In this document: in pieces, positions 50,642 through 60,614 of the stretch
Layout of the letters: each line of letters begins with the position of its first letter
How positions within the stretch are numbered: position 1 is the stretch's first letter
Source: Candidatus Krumholzibacteriota bacterium
GTDB taxonomy: Bacteria > Krumholzibacteriota > Krumholzibacteriia > JAJRXK01
NCBI GenBank assembly: GCA_963764625.1
Contig: CAVXTH010000009.1
Location: 800,001-864,000, forward strand
Length of the DNA stretch: 64,000 nucleotides
Reading direction: 5' to 3'
Translations under genes and position numbers: made by a program
Notes under the pieces: model-generated
Database searches by the model: none
What the model was told of the DNA's origin: nothing
The model's input: the letters and a program-made list of their open reading frames with translations, nothing else

Positions 50642-52168
50642 ATGCGAACGCAGTCCATCATCCTCGCGCTGGCGGTGCTCATGGTTCTCACCGCCGGCAA
50701 TCTGTCCGGTTGCAGCGTCGATCAACCGGTTGCGCCGGACATTCCCCTCGGCAGCGCTGATCTACGCGTGGCGCGTCCTGTGGTTTCGATCGGAAACAGC
50801 CTCACCGCCGGATTCCAGAACGGTGGCTTGGCCATCACCGGACAGCTCGCGGGCTTCCCGCAGGTGCTCACCGCGCTGGTGGGCGGGCCGCGGATTTCCG
50901 CTCAGTTGCCGGTGTACATGCAGTTGCCGCTGGTCGGTACGGGGAACCCCGTGCAACAGACGGGCATCGGCAGCACGCCGGGGATGAGCTCCCTGTATGT
51001 GGATGGAGCAACCGGCGCGATCACCAGGGATTCGCTGACCGTCGATCCTTCGACTCTTCTGCTCAATGCGAGCTATCCCTTGCCCTACGACAATCTGGGA
51101 GTGCCCGGGGCAACCACGGCCGACGCGTACACCGCGCTCGACGCGGCCAGCAGTCAGGCGGGCAACAACTCGTTCTTCGATCTCATTCTGCGCAATTCCG
51201 CTCTGCCTCCTTTCGACACCACGCAGCTCGACCAGCTCGAGGCGCACTTCACGCGGGAGACGATCGTGGGACAGGACCCCGGCAGCGGCGCGCCGATCAA
51301 CGGCGTGAACGTGCCGAAGATCATCACCCTCTGGATCGGCAACAACGACATCCTGGGTGGCGTGCTCACCGGTAATCCGGTGGTGGGGGTGAATGTGACG
51401 CCCTCGAGCGTGTGGGAGGGAATGTACTCGAGCATCCTCGACCGGGTGGCCGCCTTCGCGCCCGACGCCCAGGTCGCGCTGGCCAATCTCCAGACCACGC
51501 TGCCCTACTTCAGCACGGTGCCTCTCGGGACCGACGTGCCCAACGTGGGCTTCGTACCCTGGACCACCGACGAAACCGACGTGGTGTTCGTGTTGCTTCC
51601 GGCGGCGAGTGAACTGAATCCGCCGCTGGGGCCCGACTATTTGCCGGGAGGCACCGCGAGCATTCCCGCCGAATACACCATCAGCCAAAGCGAATGGGAC
51701 GCGGTAAAGGCTCAGCTCGATGCCTACAACCAGATCATCGCCGATCAGGCGCTGGCGCGTGGGTGGGCCCTGGTGGACGCCGATGCGAATATGCTGGCGC
51801 TGCCTCGTGACCCTTACGCTCCGGCCACCTACGCCTCGCTCAACGGGGTCTTTCCCTGGCTCGACATGACCGGGGACGGGATTCCCGAGCAGAACGTGAA
51901 CAGCGCCTTCACCCTCGACGGCATCCATCCCAGCGAGAAGGGCTACAGCGCGATCGCCGAGTGGTTCGCGATGGCCCTGAACGCCACCTACGGGACGAGC
52001 TACACCGAGACAGCTCCCCCGGTCGACAACCTTGCCGGCTTCGAACAGGTTCAAGCCGCCGGCAAGCAGGCCACACGCGCCTCCAAAGCGACTCTGGGGG
52101 TTTCCTTCACCAGGGCGGGAGCGGCCGGTCTCGATGCGGCGGCTCGCCTGATGGGGGAGGGTCGCTGA
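50642..52168 (+). CDS. SGNH/GDSL hydrolase lipoprotein
   Basis: Lipobox LSGC; GNSLTAG (block I), NLGVPGA, WIGNND (block III), DGIHP (block V). Confidence 0.88.
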   Translation: MRTQSIILALAVLMVLTAGNLSGCSVDQPVAPDIPLGSADLRVARPVVSIGNSLTAGFQNGGLAITGQLAGFPQVLTALVGGPRISAQLPVYMQLPLVGTGNPVQQTGIGSTPGMSSLYVDGATGAITRDSLTVDPSTLLLNASYPLPYDNLGVPGATTADAYTALDAASSQAGNNSFFDLILRNSALPPFDTTQLDQLEAHFTRETIVGQDPGSGAPINGVNVPKIITLWIGNNDILGGVLTGNPVVGVNVTPSSVWEGMYSSILDRVAAFAPDAQVALANLQTTLPYFSTVPLGTDVPNVGFVPWTTDETDVVFVLLPAASELNPPLGPDYLPGGTASIPAEYTISQSEWDAVKAQLDAYNQIIADQALARGWALVDADANMLALPRDPYAPATYASLNGVFPWLDMTGDGIPEQNVNSAFTLDGIHPSEKGYSAIAEWFAMALNATYGTSYTETAPPVDNLAGFEQVQAAGKQATRASKATLGVSFTRAGAAGLDAAARLMGEGR

Positions 52169-52195
52169 GACCGCAATCCTGAACGCAGACACAAG

Positions 52196-52225
52196 AAGGC
52201 TCCTCCCTTAAGGGAGGAGCCTTTT
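52196..52225. terminator. Intrinsic terminator, probably bidirectional, between convergent genes
   Basis: Perfect 28-bp palindrome AAGGCTCCTCCCTTAAGGGAGGAGCCTT (52196-52223) with T-rich flanks on both strands. Confidence 0.8.
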
Positions 52226-52245
52226 CCTTCGAGTACGCGTCGACC

Positions 52246-54039
52246 TCAGTTCTCTTCGTTCGCGTACATCTCCGTGAGAAGCCCGGCGTAGCGCTCCTGA
52301 ATCACGCGCCGCTTCACTTTCATGGAAGGTGTGAGCTCTTCCTCTTCCTGGCTGAACTCGTGGTCGAGGAGCCGAAAGTATTTGATTTGCTCGTAACTGG
52401 GCCGGTTCTGGTTCACCTTGTCGATCAGATGTTGAAACAGCCCTTGCACCTCAACCGAGGCCAAGAGCTCGCCGCGTTCTGCATGCTTCAGTTCATGGCG
52501 CGCGGTGTACGCTTCGAGGCTCTCGAAGTTCGGGACCAAGAGCGCCACGATGTACTTGTGCTTGTCGCCGATCAGGCAGGCCTCAGTGACGTAACGACTG
52601 AGCTTGATTTCGTTCTCGATGGGTTGCGGAGCGACGTTCTTTCCGCCCGCGGTGACAATGATGTCCTTCTTGCGGTCGGTGATCTTCAGGAATCCATCTT
52701 CGCTGAGTTCTCCGATGTCCCCGGTGTGAAGCCAGCCGTCGACCAGGACTTCCGCCGTGTCTGTGGGGCGCTTCCAGTATCCCATCATCACCGAGGGGCT
52801 TCGGGTGAGGATCTCTCCGTCATGGGCGATTTTCACTTCCACTCCGAAAACCAGTGGACCGACGGTGCCAGGCCGGAAGGACTTCGCGTTGTTGACCGCG
52901 ATCACGGGCGAGGTCTCGGTGAGTCCATAGCCTTCGTAGATGACCATGCCCGCCGCGTAGAAGAACTCGGCAATTTCCTTGGCCAGAGGCGCCCCGCCGG
53001 AGATGAAGAAGCGGAGCCGTCCCCCGGTACGTTTCTGCAATTTGCGGAAGACCAGGAGATCGGCGAGACGTTTTTTTGCTGCCAGAAGAGGCGAAATTCG
53101 CGCGTGGGCCAACTTCTGCTTCGCCCATGCCTCGCCGGCTGCCTTGGCCCAAAAGAAGATCCCTCGTTTGATCGCCGAACCCGAGACCGCCAGCGAGAGG
53201 ACCCGTGCGTAGATCTTTTCGTAGAGCCTGGGGACCGAGACCATCACCGTCGGACGAACTTCCCCCATGTTCTCCGCCACGGTCTCGATCGATTCGGCGA
53301 AGGCGATGCCCACTCCGCTGTAAACCATGATGTAATAGCCGGCCATCCGCTCGAGCACGTGCGAGAGAGGCAGAAACGAGAGGCAGATGTCACTAGGGCC
53401 CAGCTCGAAACCCTTCAGAGCGTTGAGTACGTTGCTCACGATGTTCTGGTGGCTCAACATGACCCCTTTGGGATCGCCGGTGGTGCCGCTGGTGTAGATG
53501 AGAGTGGCGAGGTCGGTGGCCCGGATGCTTCTGCCTCGGGGATCGGAATCTTCGGGATGCCGTTCCATCTGGACTCGCCCGATCTCTCTGATCTGATCCA
53601 AAGCGTAGATGCCGGCGCGATCAGCCGGCTCGATGCAGATGATGGTGCGCAGATGGGGACAGCGCGGCCTTGCCGCTTCGACCTTCTCCAACTGCTTGGA
53701 ATCCTCACAGAAGATGGCCGTGGCCTCGCTGTCGCGCAGAATGAACTCGACCTGGTTGGGCAAGAGGGTGGGGTAGAGGGTGACCACCACTGACGAGAGC
53801 CGGAGAATCGCCTGGTCGGCGAGGACCCACTCGAAGCGGTTCTGGCTCAGAATCGCGATGTGCTCACCTTCCTTGACCCCCAGACTGGCCAGTCCCTCGG
53901 TGAGCTCCTGGACGGCATTCAGAGTCTCGTGACTCGAAACCCTGTGCCACGTTCCCTCACGTTTGAACGCGAACATGTCTGGGCGGGGGCGGTCGCGGAC
54001 CGCGGTCTCGAACAGATCGACGAGAGTCTCGACGGCCAT
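52246..54039 (-). CDS. fadD: Long-chain fatty acid--CoA ligase
   Basis: IYTSGTTGDPKGVML, FLPLSH, VPRLYEK, EGYGLTETSP, WLHTGDIG, ITDRKKD, LTPSMK. Confidence 0.92.
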   Translation of the reverse strand: MAVETLVDLFETAVRDRPRPDMFAFKREGTWHRVSSHETLNAVQELTEGLASLGVKEGEHIAILSQNRFEWVLADQAILRLSSVVVTLYPTLLPNQVEFILRDSEATAIFCEDSKQLEKVEAARPRCPHLRTIICIEPADRAGIYALDQIREIGRVQMERHPEDSDPRGRSIRATDLATLIYTSGTTGDPKGVMLSHQNIVSNVLNALKGFELGPSDICLSFLPLSHVLERMAGYYIMVYSGVGIAFAESIETVAENMGEVRPTVMVSVPRLYEKIYARVLSLAVSGSAIKRGIFFWAKAAGEAWAKQKLAHARISPLLAAKKRLADLLVFRKLQKRTGGRLRFFISGGAPLAKEIAEFFYAAGMVIYEGYGLTETSPVIAVNNAKSFRPGTVGPLVFGVEVKIAHDGEILTRSPSVMMGYWKRPTDTAEVLVDGWLHTGDIGELSEDGFLKITDRKKDIIVTAGGKNVAPQPIENEIKLSRYVTEACLIGDKHKYIVALLVPNFESLEAYTARHELKHAERGELLASVEVQGLFQHLIDKVNQNRPSYEQIKYFRLLDHEFSQEEEELTPSMKVKRRVIQERYAGLLTEMYANEEN

Positions 54040-54136
54040 GCCAGCCTCCTGGGCAAAGGAGAGGGCCGATGGACGGACCTTGAGCGACGCCCTATATTCA
54101 CCGCCTCGAAGGAAGAGTGTCAACGGAGGATCTTCT

Positions 54137-55264
54137 GTGACGAGCGTCCCTACGCCAGCCTTCTCCTCTAGGCATGGCCGCGAGCTGAGCCAAACCCTCG
54201 TCGATTGGTATGAAGCGGAGCGGCGCGATCTCCCATGGAGACGTACGCGCGATGCGTACGCGATCTGGGTGAGCGAAGTCATGCTGCAACAAACGCGGGT
54301 GGAAGTGGTCCGAGGAAGGTGGGAACGCTTCCTGCGCCGCTTTCCCAGCCTGAGCTCCCTGGCGCGGGCCGATCTTCAAGAAGTCCTGGCCGAATGGGCG
54401 GGGCTGGGGTACTACCGCCGTGCTCGCCTTCTCCATGAGGCGGCACGCCGAGTCGAAGACGAACACGACGGTCGGCTCCCGGAAGACTACGCCACCCTGC
54501 TCGAACTCCCCGGCCTGGGCGCCTATACCGCGGCGGCCGTGGCCAGCATTGCCTACGACGAAGCCGTGCCCGCGGTGGACGGAAACGTAGAACGCGTTCT
54601 CTCTCGGCTTCTCGCGGTGGGAGGTGATCCCAAGCGAGGCGACACCGCGCGGGCGATTCGCGGTACCGCCAGGGCCCTTGTCCGGGAAGGCTCCCCTCGA
54701 CTCGTGAGCCAGGGGCTGATGGAACTGGGTGCGCTGGTGTGTCTACCGCGCCAGCCGCGTTGCGAGCTGTGTCCCTGGTCCAAGGCGTGTCGAGCCAGAA
54801 GAAGCGGAAGGGTCGAGGACTTTCCCGAGCGACCGGCTGCCCGCGAACCCAAGCGGGTTTCCGCTTACGCCGCGGTCCTGCGCAAGGGCGAGCGCGCCCT
54901 GTGGCGGTGCCGCCCCGCCGGCGGCCACAACGAGGGGCTGTGGGAATTGCCCACCACGGCGTGGCACGAGGGAGAGGCGGACGAGAAGGAGGCCCGCGAG
55001 CGACTTGAGGAACTCGGTCGCGAATTCCAGGGAGAGTGGCGCGTGAAGCAGCTGCTGGCCACCGTGAAGCACAGCATCACCCACCACCGTGTCACCGTCT
55101 GTGCCTTCGCGGTGGAGGGAGAGGCCGAGGGCGGCCACGACACCCTGCGCTGGGCGAGCCTCAAGAAGGCGCAGTCCTTCGGACTCACCGCCGCCGCCGC
55201 GAAACTCTCCCGGCACCTTGCCCAAGAGCAGCCCCAGAAGCGGGCCCAGAAAGCGGCGAATTGA
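54137..55264 (+). CDS. mutY: A/G-specific adenine DNA glycosylase
   Basis: RDLPWR, WVSEVMLQQT, WAGLGYY, LPGLGAYTA, VDGNV, C-x6-CxxC-x5-C Fe-S motif, NUDIX-like tail; GGAGG RBS. Confidence 0.93.
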   Translation: MTSVPTPAFSSRHGRELSQTLVDWYEAERRDLPWRRTRDAYAIWVSEVMLQQTRVEVVRGRWERFLRRFPSLSSLARADLQEVLAEWAGLGYYRRARLLHEAARRVEDEHDGRLPEDYATLLELPGLGAYTAAAVASIAYDEAVPAVDGNVERVLSRLLAVGGDPKRGDTARAIRGTARALVREGSPRLVSQGLMELGALVCLPRQPRCELCPWSKACRARRSGRVEDFPERPAAREPKRVSAYAAVLRKGERALWRCRPAGGHNEGLWELPTTAWHEGEADEKEARERLEELGREFQGEWRVKQLLATVKHSITHHRVTVCAFAVEGEAEGGHDTLRWASLKKAQSFGLTAAAAKLSRHLAQEQPQKRAQKAAN

Positions 55265-55364
55265 GACGTCCCGCAGCGTTGCCTTGCCCCGACGATGGCC
55301 TGGCAGTATGCTCCTCGAGAGACATACATCGAGACAACTCCTTTCCTCCCAAGAGATTGCCGAT

Positions 55365-58300
55365 ATGAATCCTGCGATTTCTCCCACTGCGAAGAAGCAA
55401 GCGGACTGGGCCGCCAATTCCTACAAACCCGAGAACCCCTTGCGCTTCGTGACCGCGGCAGGCCTCTTCGACGGGCACGATGCGGCGATCAACATCTTCC
55501 GCCGGCTCTTGCAACGATACGGCGCCGAGGTCATCCACCTGGGCCACAATCGAGCCGCGGAGGAAGTGGTGGACGCCACCATCCAAGAAGACGCGCAGGC
55601 CATCGCCGTGTCCTCCTACCAGGGCGGTCACATGGAATACTTCCGCTACATGCGGGAGCTTCTGGACAAGAAGGGCGCGGGCCACGTCAAGATCTTTGGA
55701 GGCGGAGGAGGAGTGATCGTTCCCGACGAGATCACGAGACTTCAGAGTGAAGGAGTGGAGCGAATCTACAGTCCGGACGATGGTCGCGCACTCGGGCTGG
55801 ACGGCATCGTCTTCGACATGTTGCGTCGCAGCGATTTTCTCTGTCCGGCTCCTCTGAATCCTCCCGATGAGAGCGAGGAGGGCGCAGCGCGTTGGACCAC
55901 GGTCGCCCGTTGGATTTCGTTGGTGGAGAGGGAAGGAGAGAACAGTGAGGCGATCCGTGAGGTGGCTTCCGTCCTCGACGAACGCCCCGCGGGGACCCTT
56001 GCGCCGGTGGTGGGTCTGACCGGAACCGGCGGCGCGGGAAAGAGCTGTCTGACCGATGAGATCGTGCGCCGTTTCCTGCTCGATTTCCCCGATCGCAACC
56101 TGGCGGTCCTCAGCGTGGATCCATCCAAGCGCCGCACCGGAGGCGCGCTGCTGGGCGACCGCTTGCGCATGAACGCGGTGCATCACGAGCGGGCGTACAT
56201 GCGAAGCCTCGCCACGCGCCAGAGCAAGGGTGAACTCTCGGGCGCCATCCGCGACGCCATCGCGGTGGTGCGCGCCGCCGGATTCGACCTCGTAATCGTC
56301 GAGACCAGCGGAATCGGACAGGGAGACGCGGGCATCGTCGAGGTCTGCGACATCCCGATCTACGTGATGACCAGCGAATTTGGAGCGCCCACTCAGCTCG
56401 AAAAGATCGAAATGCTGGATTACGCGAAGATCGTGGTCGTGAACAAATTCGACCGTCGGGGAAGCGAAGATGCCCTGCGCGACGTATGCAAGCAACTCCG
56501 TCGCGAGCGCGATTTTGACCCCGCGATGCCAGTGGAAGAATATCCGGTCTTCGGCACCATGGCCTCGCGTTTCAACGACGAGGGAGTCAATGCCTTCTAC
56601 AAGACGCTCATGCAGAATCTGGACGAGTTCAGCGGCGGAAAGTGGAAGAGCGCTCTGGACATCCCTTGCCGCCGTCAGACCGACGTCAAGACCCATGTCA
56701 TCGATCCCTCGCATCTGCGCTACCTCTCGGAAATCGCGGATGCTCTGCGCACGCACCACGACTATACCAAGCAGCAGGTCACCGCGGCCCGGCGGGTGGA
56801 TGCTCTACAGCGCGCGCTGGACGAGGTCGGAACCGAAAACGGCGCGGCGCTTTCCGCGAAGCTCGAGGAAGCGCGGGCCGAGCTCGACCCAATGATCGCG
56901 GCCGCCTTGGCGAGCTTCGACGAGTTGCGCGAGGCCTACCAGCGGGATGAGATGGTGGTGCGCATCCGGGACAAGGAGATTCGCAACCGCTTGAAGTCGC
57001 ATTCCCTGGCCGGCACTCCGATCGCGCGCGTGGTGCTTCCCCAAAGCTCAGACAAGGGCGAGCAGGTTCGCTTCCTCTTGGAGGAGAACGTGCCCGGAAA
57101 GTGGCCCTATACCGCGGGTGTTTTCCCCTTCAAACGACCTGAAGAAGAACCGGCGCGCATGTTCGCGGGAGAGGGGCCGCCCGAACAGACGAATCTCCGG
57201 TTTCACTATCTGAGCAAGGACAGCACGGCGAAGCGGCTTTCGACCGCCTTCGATTCGGTCACCCTGTACGGCGAGGACCCACATCACCGGCCGGACATCT
57301 ACGGAAAAGTGGGGGAGAGCGGCGTCTCGATCTGCAGTCTCGATGACATGAAGCGTCTCTACAGTGGCTTCCATCTGACCGATCCCACGACCTCGGTGAG
57401 CATGACCATCAACGGGCCGGCCCCCATGATTCTGGCCATGTTCCTCAACACCGCGATCGACCAGGAATGCGAGAGCTGGCTGAAGCAGAACGGCAATCTC
57501 CAGGAAGCGCGAAAGCGGCGCGATCGAATCCTTCAGGAAAGCGGCGCGAGCAAACCCAGCTATCTCGGCGAACTTCCGCCGTCACACGATGGTTTCGGCT
57601 TGGAGCTCTTGGGCGTCACCGGCGATAAGCTATTGCCGGAGGACGTGTACGCGAAGATCAAGGCGCACACCTTGAAGATCGTGCGCGGCACCGTCCAGGC
57701 CGACATCCTGAAGGAAGACCAGGCGCAAAACACCTGCATCTTCTCGACCGATTTCGCGCTGAAGATGATGGGCGACATTCAGCAGTATTTCATCGACCAT
57801 GAGGTTCGCAACTACTACAGCGTGAGCATCAGTGGCTATCACATCGCCGAAGCGGGTGCGAATCCCATTTCGCAACTCGCGTTCACACTGGCGAACGGCT
57901 TCACTTACGTCGAGCACTACTTGAGCCGTGGGATGTCGATCGACGAAGTCGCGCCCAACCTGAGCTTCTTCTTCTCGAACGGTCTCGATCCTGAATATTC
58001 CGTCATCGGCAGAGTGGCGCGGCGCATTTGGGCCGTGGCGATGAAGAAACGCTTCCAGGCCAGCGATCGCAGTCAAAAACTCAAGTACCACATCCAGACG
58101 AGCGGGCGTTCCCTGCATGCGCGTGAAATCGCGTTCAACGACATTCGCACCACGCTGCAGGCCCTGATGGCGCTGGCGGACAACTGCAACAGCCTGCACA
58201 CCAACGCCTACGACGAAGCGGTCACCACTCCGACCGAGGAAAGCGTACGGCGTGCATTGGCGATCCAGCTCATCATCAACCGCGAGCTCGGGCTCATGAA

Positions 58301-58787
58301 GAACGAGAACTTCCTGCAGGGTTCCTACTTCGTGGAGCAGTTGACCGATTTGGTGGAGGAGGCCGTCCTGGCCGAGTTCGATCGCCTCAGCGATCGCGGA
58401 GGAGTCCTGGGCGCGATGGAGACCCAATACCAGCGAGGGCGCATCCAGGACGAGAGTCTGCTCTATGAGACCAAGAAGCACTCCGGAGAGCTACCCATCA
58501 TCGGCGTGAACAGTTTCCTCGATCCCAACAAGACCGAGAACCAATTGGAGGCGGGTCTGCTCATCCGGGCCTCCAAGGAGGCGAAGGAGCGACAGATCGA
58601 CGGCTGCCAGCGCTTTCAGCGGCGTCATGAGAGCGAGGCCAACGCGGCTCTGCAGCGACTGCAGAGAGTCGCCATCGCCGGCGATAACGTCTTCGAAGAG
58701 CTTATGACGACGGTGAAGATGGCCACCCTGGGCCAGATCACGCACGCTCTTTACGAAGTGGGTGGCGAGTACCGTCGGATGGTTTGA
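55365..58787 (+). CDS. icmF: Fused isobutyryl-CoA mutase/G-protein chaperone
   Basis: Domain order: B12-binding (LFDGHD), MeaB-like GTPase (GTGGAGKS, ETSGIGQ, NKFD), mutase barrel (RMFAG, LSTAFD, GTVQADILKE, SISGYH). Confidence 0.93.
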   Translation: MNPAISPTAKKQADWAANSYKPENPLRFVTAAGLFDGHDAAINIFRRLLQRYGAEVIHLGHNRAAEEVVDATIQEDAQAIAVSSYQGGHMEYFRYMRELLDKKGAGHVKIFGGGGGVIVPDEITRLQSEGVERIYSPDDGRALGLDGIVFDMLRRSDFLCPAPLNPPDESEEGAARWTTVARWISLVEREGENSEAIREVASVLDERPAGTLAPVVGLTGTGGAGKSCLTDEIVRRFLLDFPDRNLAVLSVDPSKRRTGGALLGDRLRMNAVHHERAYMRSLATRQSKGELSGAIRDAIAVVRAAGFDLVIVETSGIGQGDAGIVEVCDIPIYVMTSEFGAPTQLEKIEMLDYAKIVVVNKFDRRGSEDALRDVCKQLRRERDFDPAMPVEEYPVFGTMASRFNDEGVNAFYKTLMQNLDEFSGGKWKSALDIPCRRQTDVKTHVIDPSHLRYLSEIADALRTHHDYTKQQVTAARRVDALQRALDEVGTENGAALSAKLEEARAELDPMIAAALASFDELREAYQRDEMVVRIRDKEIRNRLKSHSLAGTPIARVVLPQSSDKGEQVRFLLEENVPGKWPYTAGVFPFKRPEEEPARMFAGEGPPEQTNLRFHYLSKDSTAKRLSTAFDSVTLYGEDPHHRPDIYGKVGESGVSICSLDDMKRLYSGFHLTDPTTSVSMTINGPAPMILAMFLNTAIDQECESWLKQNGNLQEARKRRDRILQESGASKPSYLGELPPSHDGFGLELLGVTGDKLLPEDVYAKIKAHTLKIVRGTVQADILKEDQAQNTCIFSTDFALKMMGDIQQYFIDHEVRNYYSVSISGYHIAEAGANPISQLAFTLANGFTYVEHYLSRGMSIDEVAPNLSFFFSNGLDPEYSVIGRVARRIWAVAMKKRFQASDRSQKLKYHIQTSGRSLHAREIAFNDIRTTLQALMALADNCNSLHTNAYDEAVTTPTEESVRRALAIQLIINRELGLMKNENFLQGSYFVEQLTDLVEEAVLAEFDRLSDRGGVLGAMETQYQRGRIQDESLLYETKKHSGELPIIGVNSFLDPNKTENQLEAGLLIRASKEAKERQIDGCQRFQRRHESEANAALQRLQRVAIAGDNVFEELMTTVKMATLGQITHALYEVGGEYRRMV

Positions 58788-58796
58788 GCGCCGACT

Positions 58797-60536
58797 TCAG
58801 TTGTTGGGCTGGGTGATCAGTTCCAGACTGTCACTGGCCTGATCGAAAGCATCCGGAGACAAGAGACAGATGAGTTCATCTCCTTCCAGACAGACGGTGT
58901 CGGGGAAGGGATCGATGATCTCTCCCCTGCGCAGAATCGAAAGCAACTGGATGTGTGCTCCGAAGGGTCGCTCGCGCAGGGCCGTGCCCGCTCCGGGTGC
59001 GCCTTCGCGGACACTGCATCGGCACAGACTGCGACCGGTGCCACCGATGGGGATGGGCGTGCCCATCTGCAGGAGGTTCGCCAGGTGAGCCGGCGTCGCC
59101 TCGCGGGGGAGTCGAGCTCGTCCGGAGCGAATGAGATCCATCGCGCGCAGAGTGTATTCCTCGTGATGAACCGGTGAGTCGGCCCGCGTGGCCACCTGGG
59201 CTTCGTAGAGGCTGGGCCAGCGCCATCCGGTAGTGATCTTCGACTCGATGAGGTAGCTCAGGATGACCGCGAGCATGCTCGGAACGAGCAGTCCGTATCC
59301 CCCGGTCATCTCCATGACCATGAGCATGGTTGCGATGGGCACCCGCGCCGCCCCGGAGAAGAATGAGGCCATTCCCACCACCGCGAAGGCAGCGACGCTG
59401 CACTGCGAGGCGGGGAAGATCCGGTTCACCGCCAGGGCCAGGGCGGCTCCGAGAAATGTTCCCACGAAGAGGCTGGGCGCGAAGACACCCCCGGAACCTC
59501 CGGACGCCACCGTCAAGGACATCGCCAGCATCTTGGCCACCGCCAGAAGGAGCAGCAGTCCGATCGCGAGCTTGCCGTCCATCGCCATCTGCATCCAGCC
59601 GTACCCGCCGCCCAGGACCTGAGGCAGCGCCAGTCCCAGGATTCCCAACAGCAGGGCTCCCAGGGCCGGGCCGAGAAAGCGCGGCCCCGGCAGGGCCAGG
59701 AAGACCTGATGGGTCCGGTAGTAGAGCCAGGGCAGGGTGGCGGCCACCAGGCCGGTGAACACCCCCAAGACCGCGAACCAGAAGAGGGTGTCGATGTGAT
59801 CGAAGGTCAGTCCGGCCGGCAGGCTGAAGATGGGGTCGAAGCCGACGAAGATCCCGTTGACTGCGTAGGCGACGACCGCGGCCATGATGGTGTAGATGAG
59901 CGCGCGGGCCTCGAATTCCATGGTCGAGTAGAGCACTTCGACCGCGAAGACCGCCGTTCCCAGCGGGGAGCGAAAAATGGCCGAAAGTCCGGCCGCCACC
60001 CCCGCGAGGACCAGGAGCCGCCGCTCCCGAGGGGAGCACCCCAGCCACTCGGCCATGATCGAGCCGAACCCGGCACTGATCTGCGCTACCGGACCCTCGC
60101 GTCCCGCTGCGCCCCCTGAGCCAATGGTCAGCGCGGAGGAGATGGCCTTCACCAGGGGCACCCGGGCCCGCACGGCGCCGCCTTTTTCGTGGAAGGCACT
60201 GATGGCGGCGTCGGTCCCGTGGCCTTCTGCCTCGGGCGCGAAGCGGAAGACGATGAGCCCCGAAAGAATGCCCCCGATCGTGGTGGAGACGGGGATCAGC
60301 CAGAGACCTTGTCGCCCGATCACTTCCAGCCCGGAAGAGCCCTCCGAGACCAGTCCGGGAGGCACGTAGCCGGCGATCCCGAACAGCAGATAGTGGGAGG
60401 CGGTGCGCAGCATCCACATGAACGCGGGGGCGGCCAGGCCGCCGACGATCCCCACGATCGCCGACAAGAACACCAGGCGGCCGGTGGACCCCGAGCTGGG
60501 GCGGAGGAAAGATGCAGTGCGTTGGAACAAGGGCAT
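58797..60536 (-). CDS. ClC family chloride channel/antiporter with C-terminal TrkA-C (RCK_C)-like domain
   Basis: PEAEGHGTD, GREGP, GGSGGVFAP, AARVP; tail 'GTALRE...SILRRGEIIDP.PDTVCLEGDELI'. Confidence 0.9.
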   Translation of the reverse strand: MPLFQRTASFLRPSSGSTGRLVFLSAIVGIVGGLAAPAFMWMLRTASHYLLFGIAGYVPPGLVSEGSSGLEVIGRQGLWLIPVSTTIGGILSGLIVFRFAPEAEGHGTDAAISAFHEKGGAVRARVPLVKAISSALTIGSGGAAGREGPVAQISAGFGSIMAEWLGCSPRERRLLVLAGVAAGLSAIFRSPLGTAVFAVEVLYSTMEFEARALIYTIMAAVVAYAVNGIFVGFDPIFSLPAGLTFDHIDTLFWFAVLGVFTGLVAATLPWLYYRTHQVFLALPGPRFLGPALGALLLGILGLALPQVLGGGYGWMQMAMDGKLAIGLLLLLAVAKMLAMSLTVASGGSGGVFAPSLFVGTFLGAALALAVNRIFPASQCSVAAFAVVGMASFFSGAARVPIATMLMVMEMTGGYGLLVPSMLAVILSYLIESKITTGWRWPSLYEAQVATRADSPVHHEEYTLRAMDLIRSGRARLPREATPAHLANLLQMGTPIPIGGTGRSLCRCSVREGAPGAGTALRERPFGAHIQLLSILRRGEIIDPFPDTVCLEGDELICLLSPDAFDQASDSLELITQPNN

Positions 60537-60614
60537 GGCCGCCAGAGTAGTCGATTTTCGCCGGCTCACAAGTACCGTCTTGTTCCCACCCCACCTTGTG
60601 GTATCGTGCGGTTC

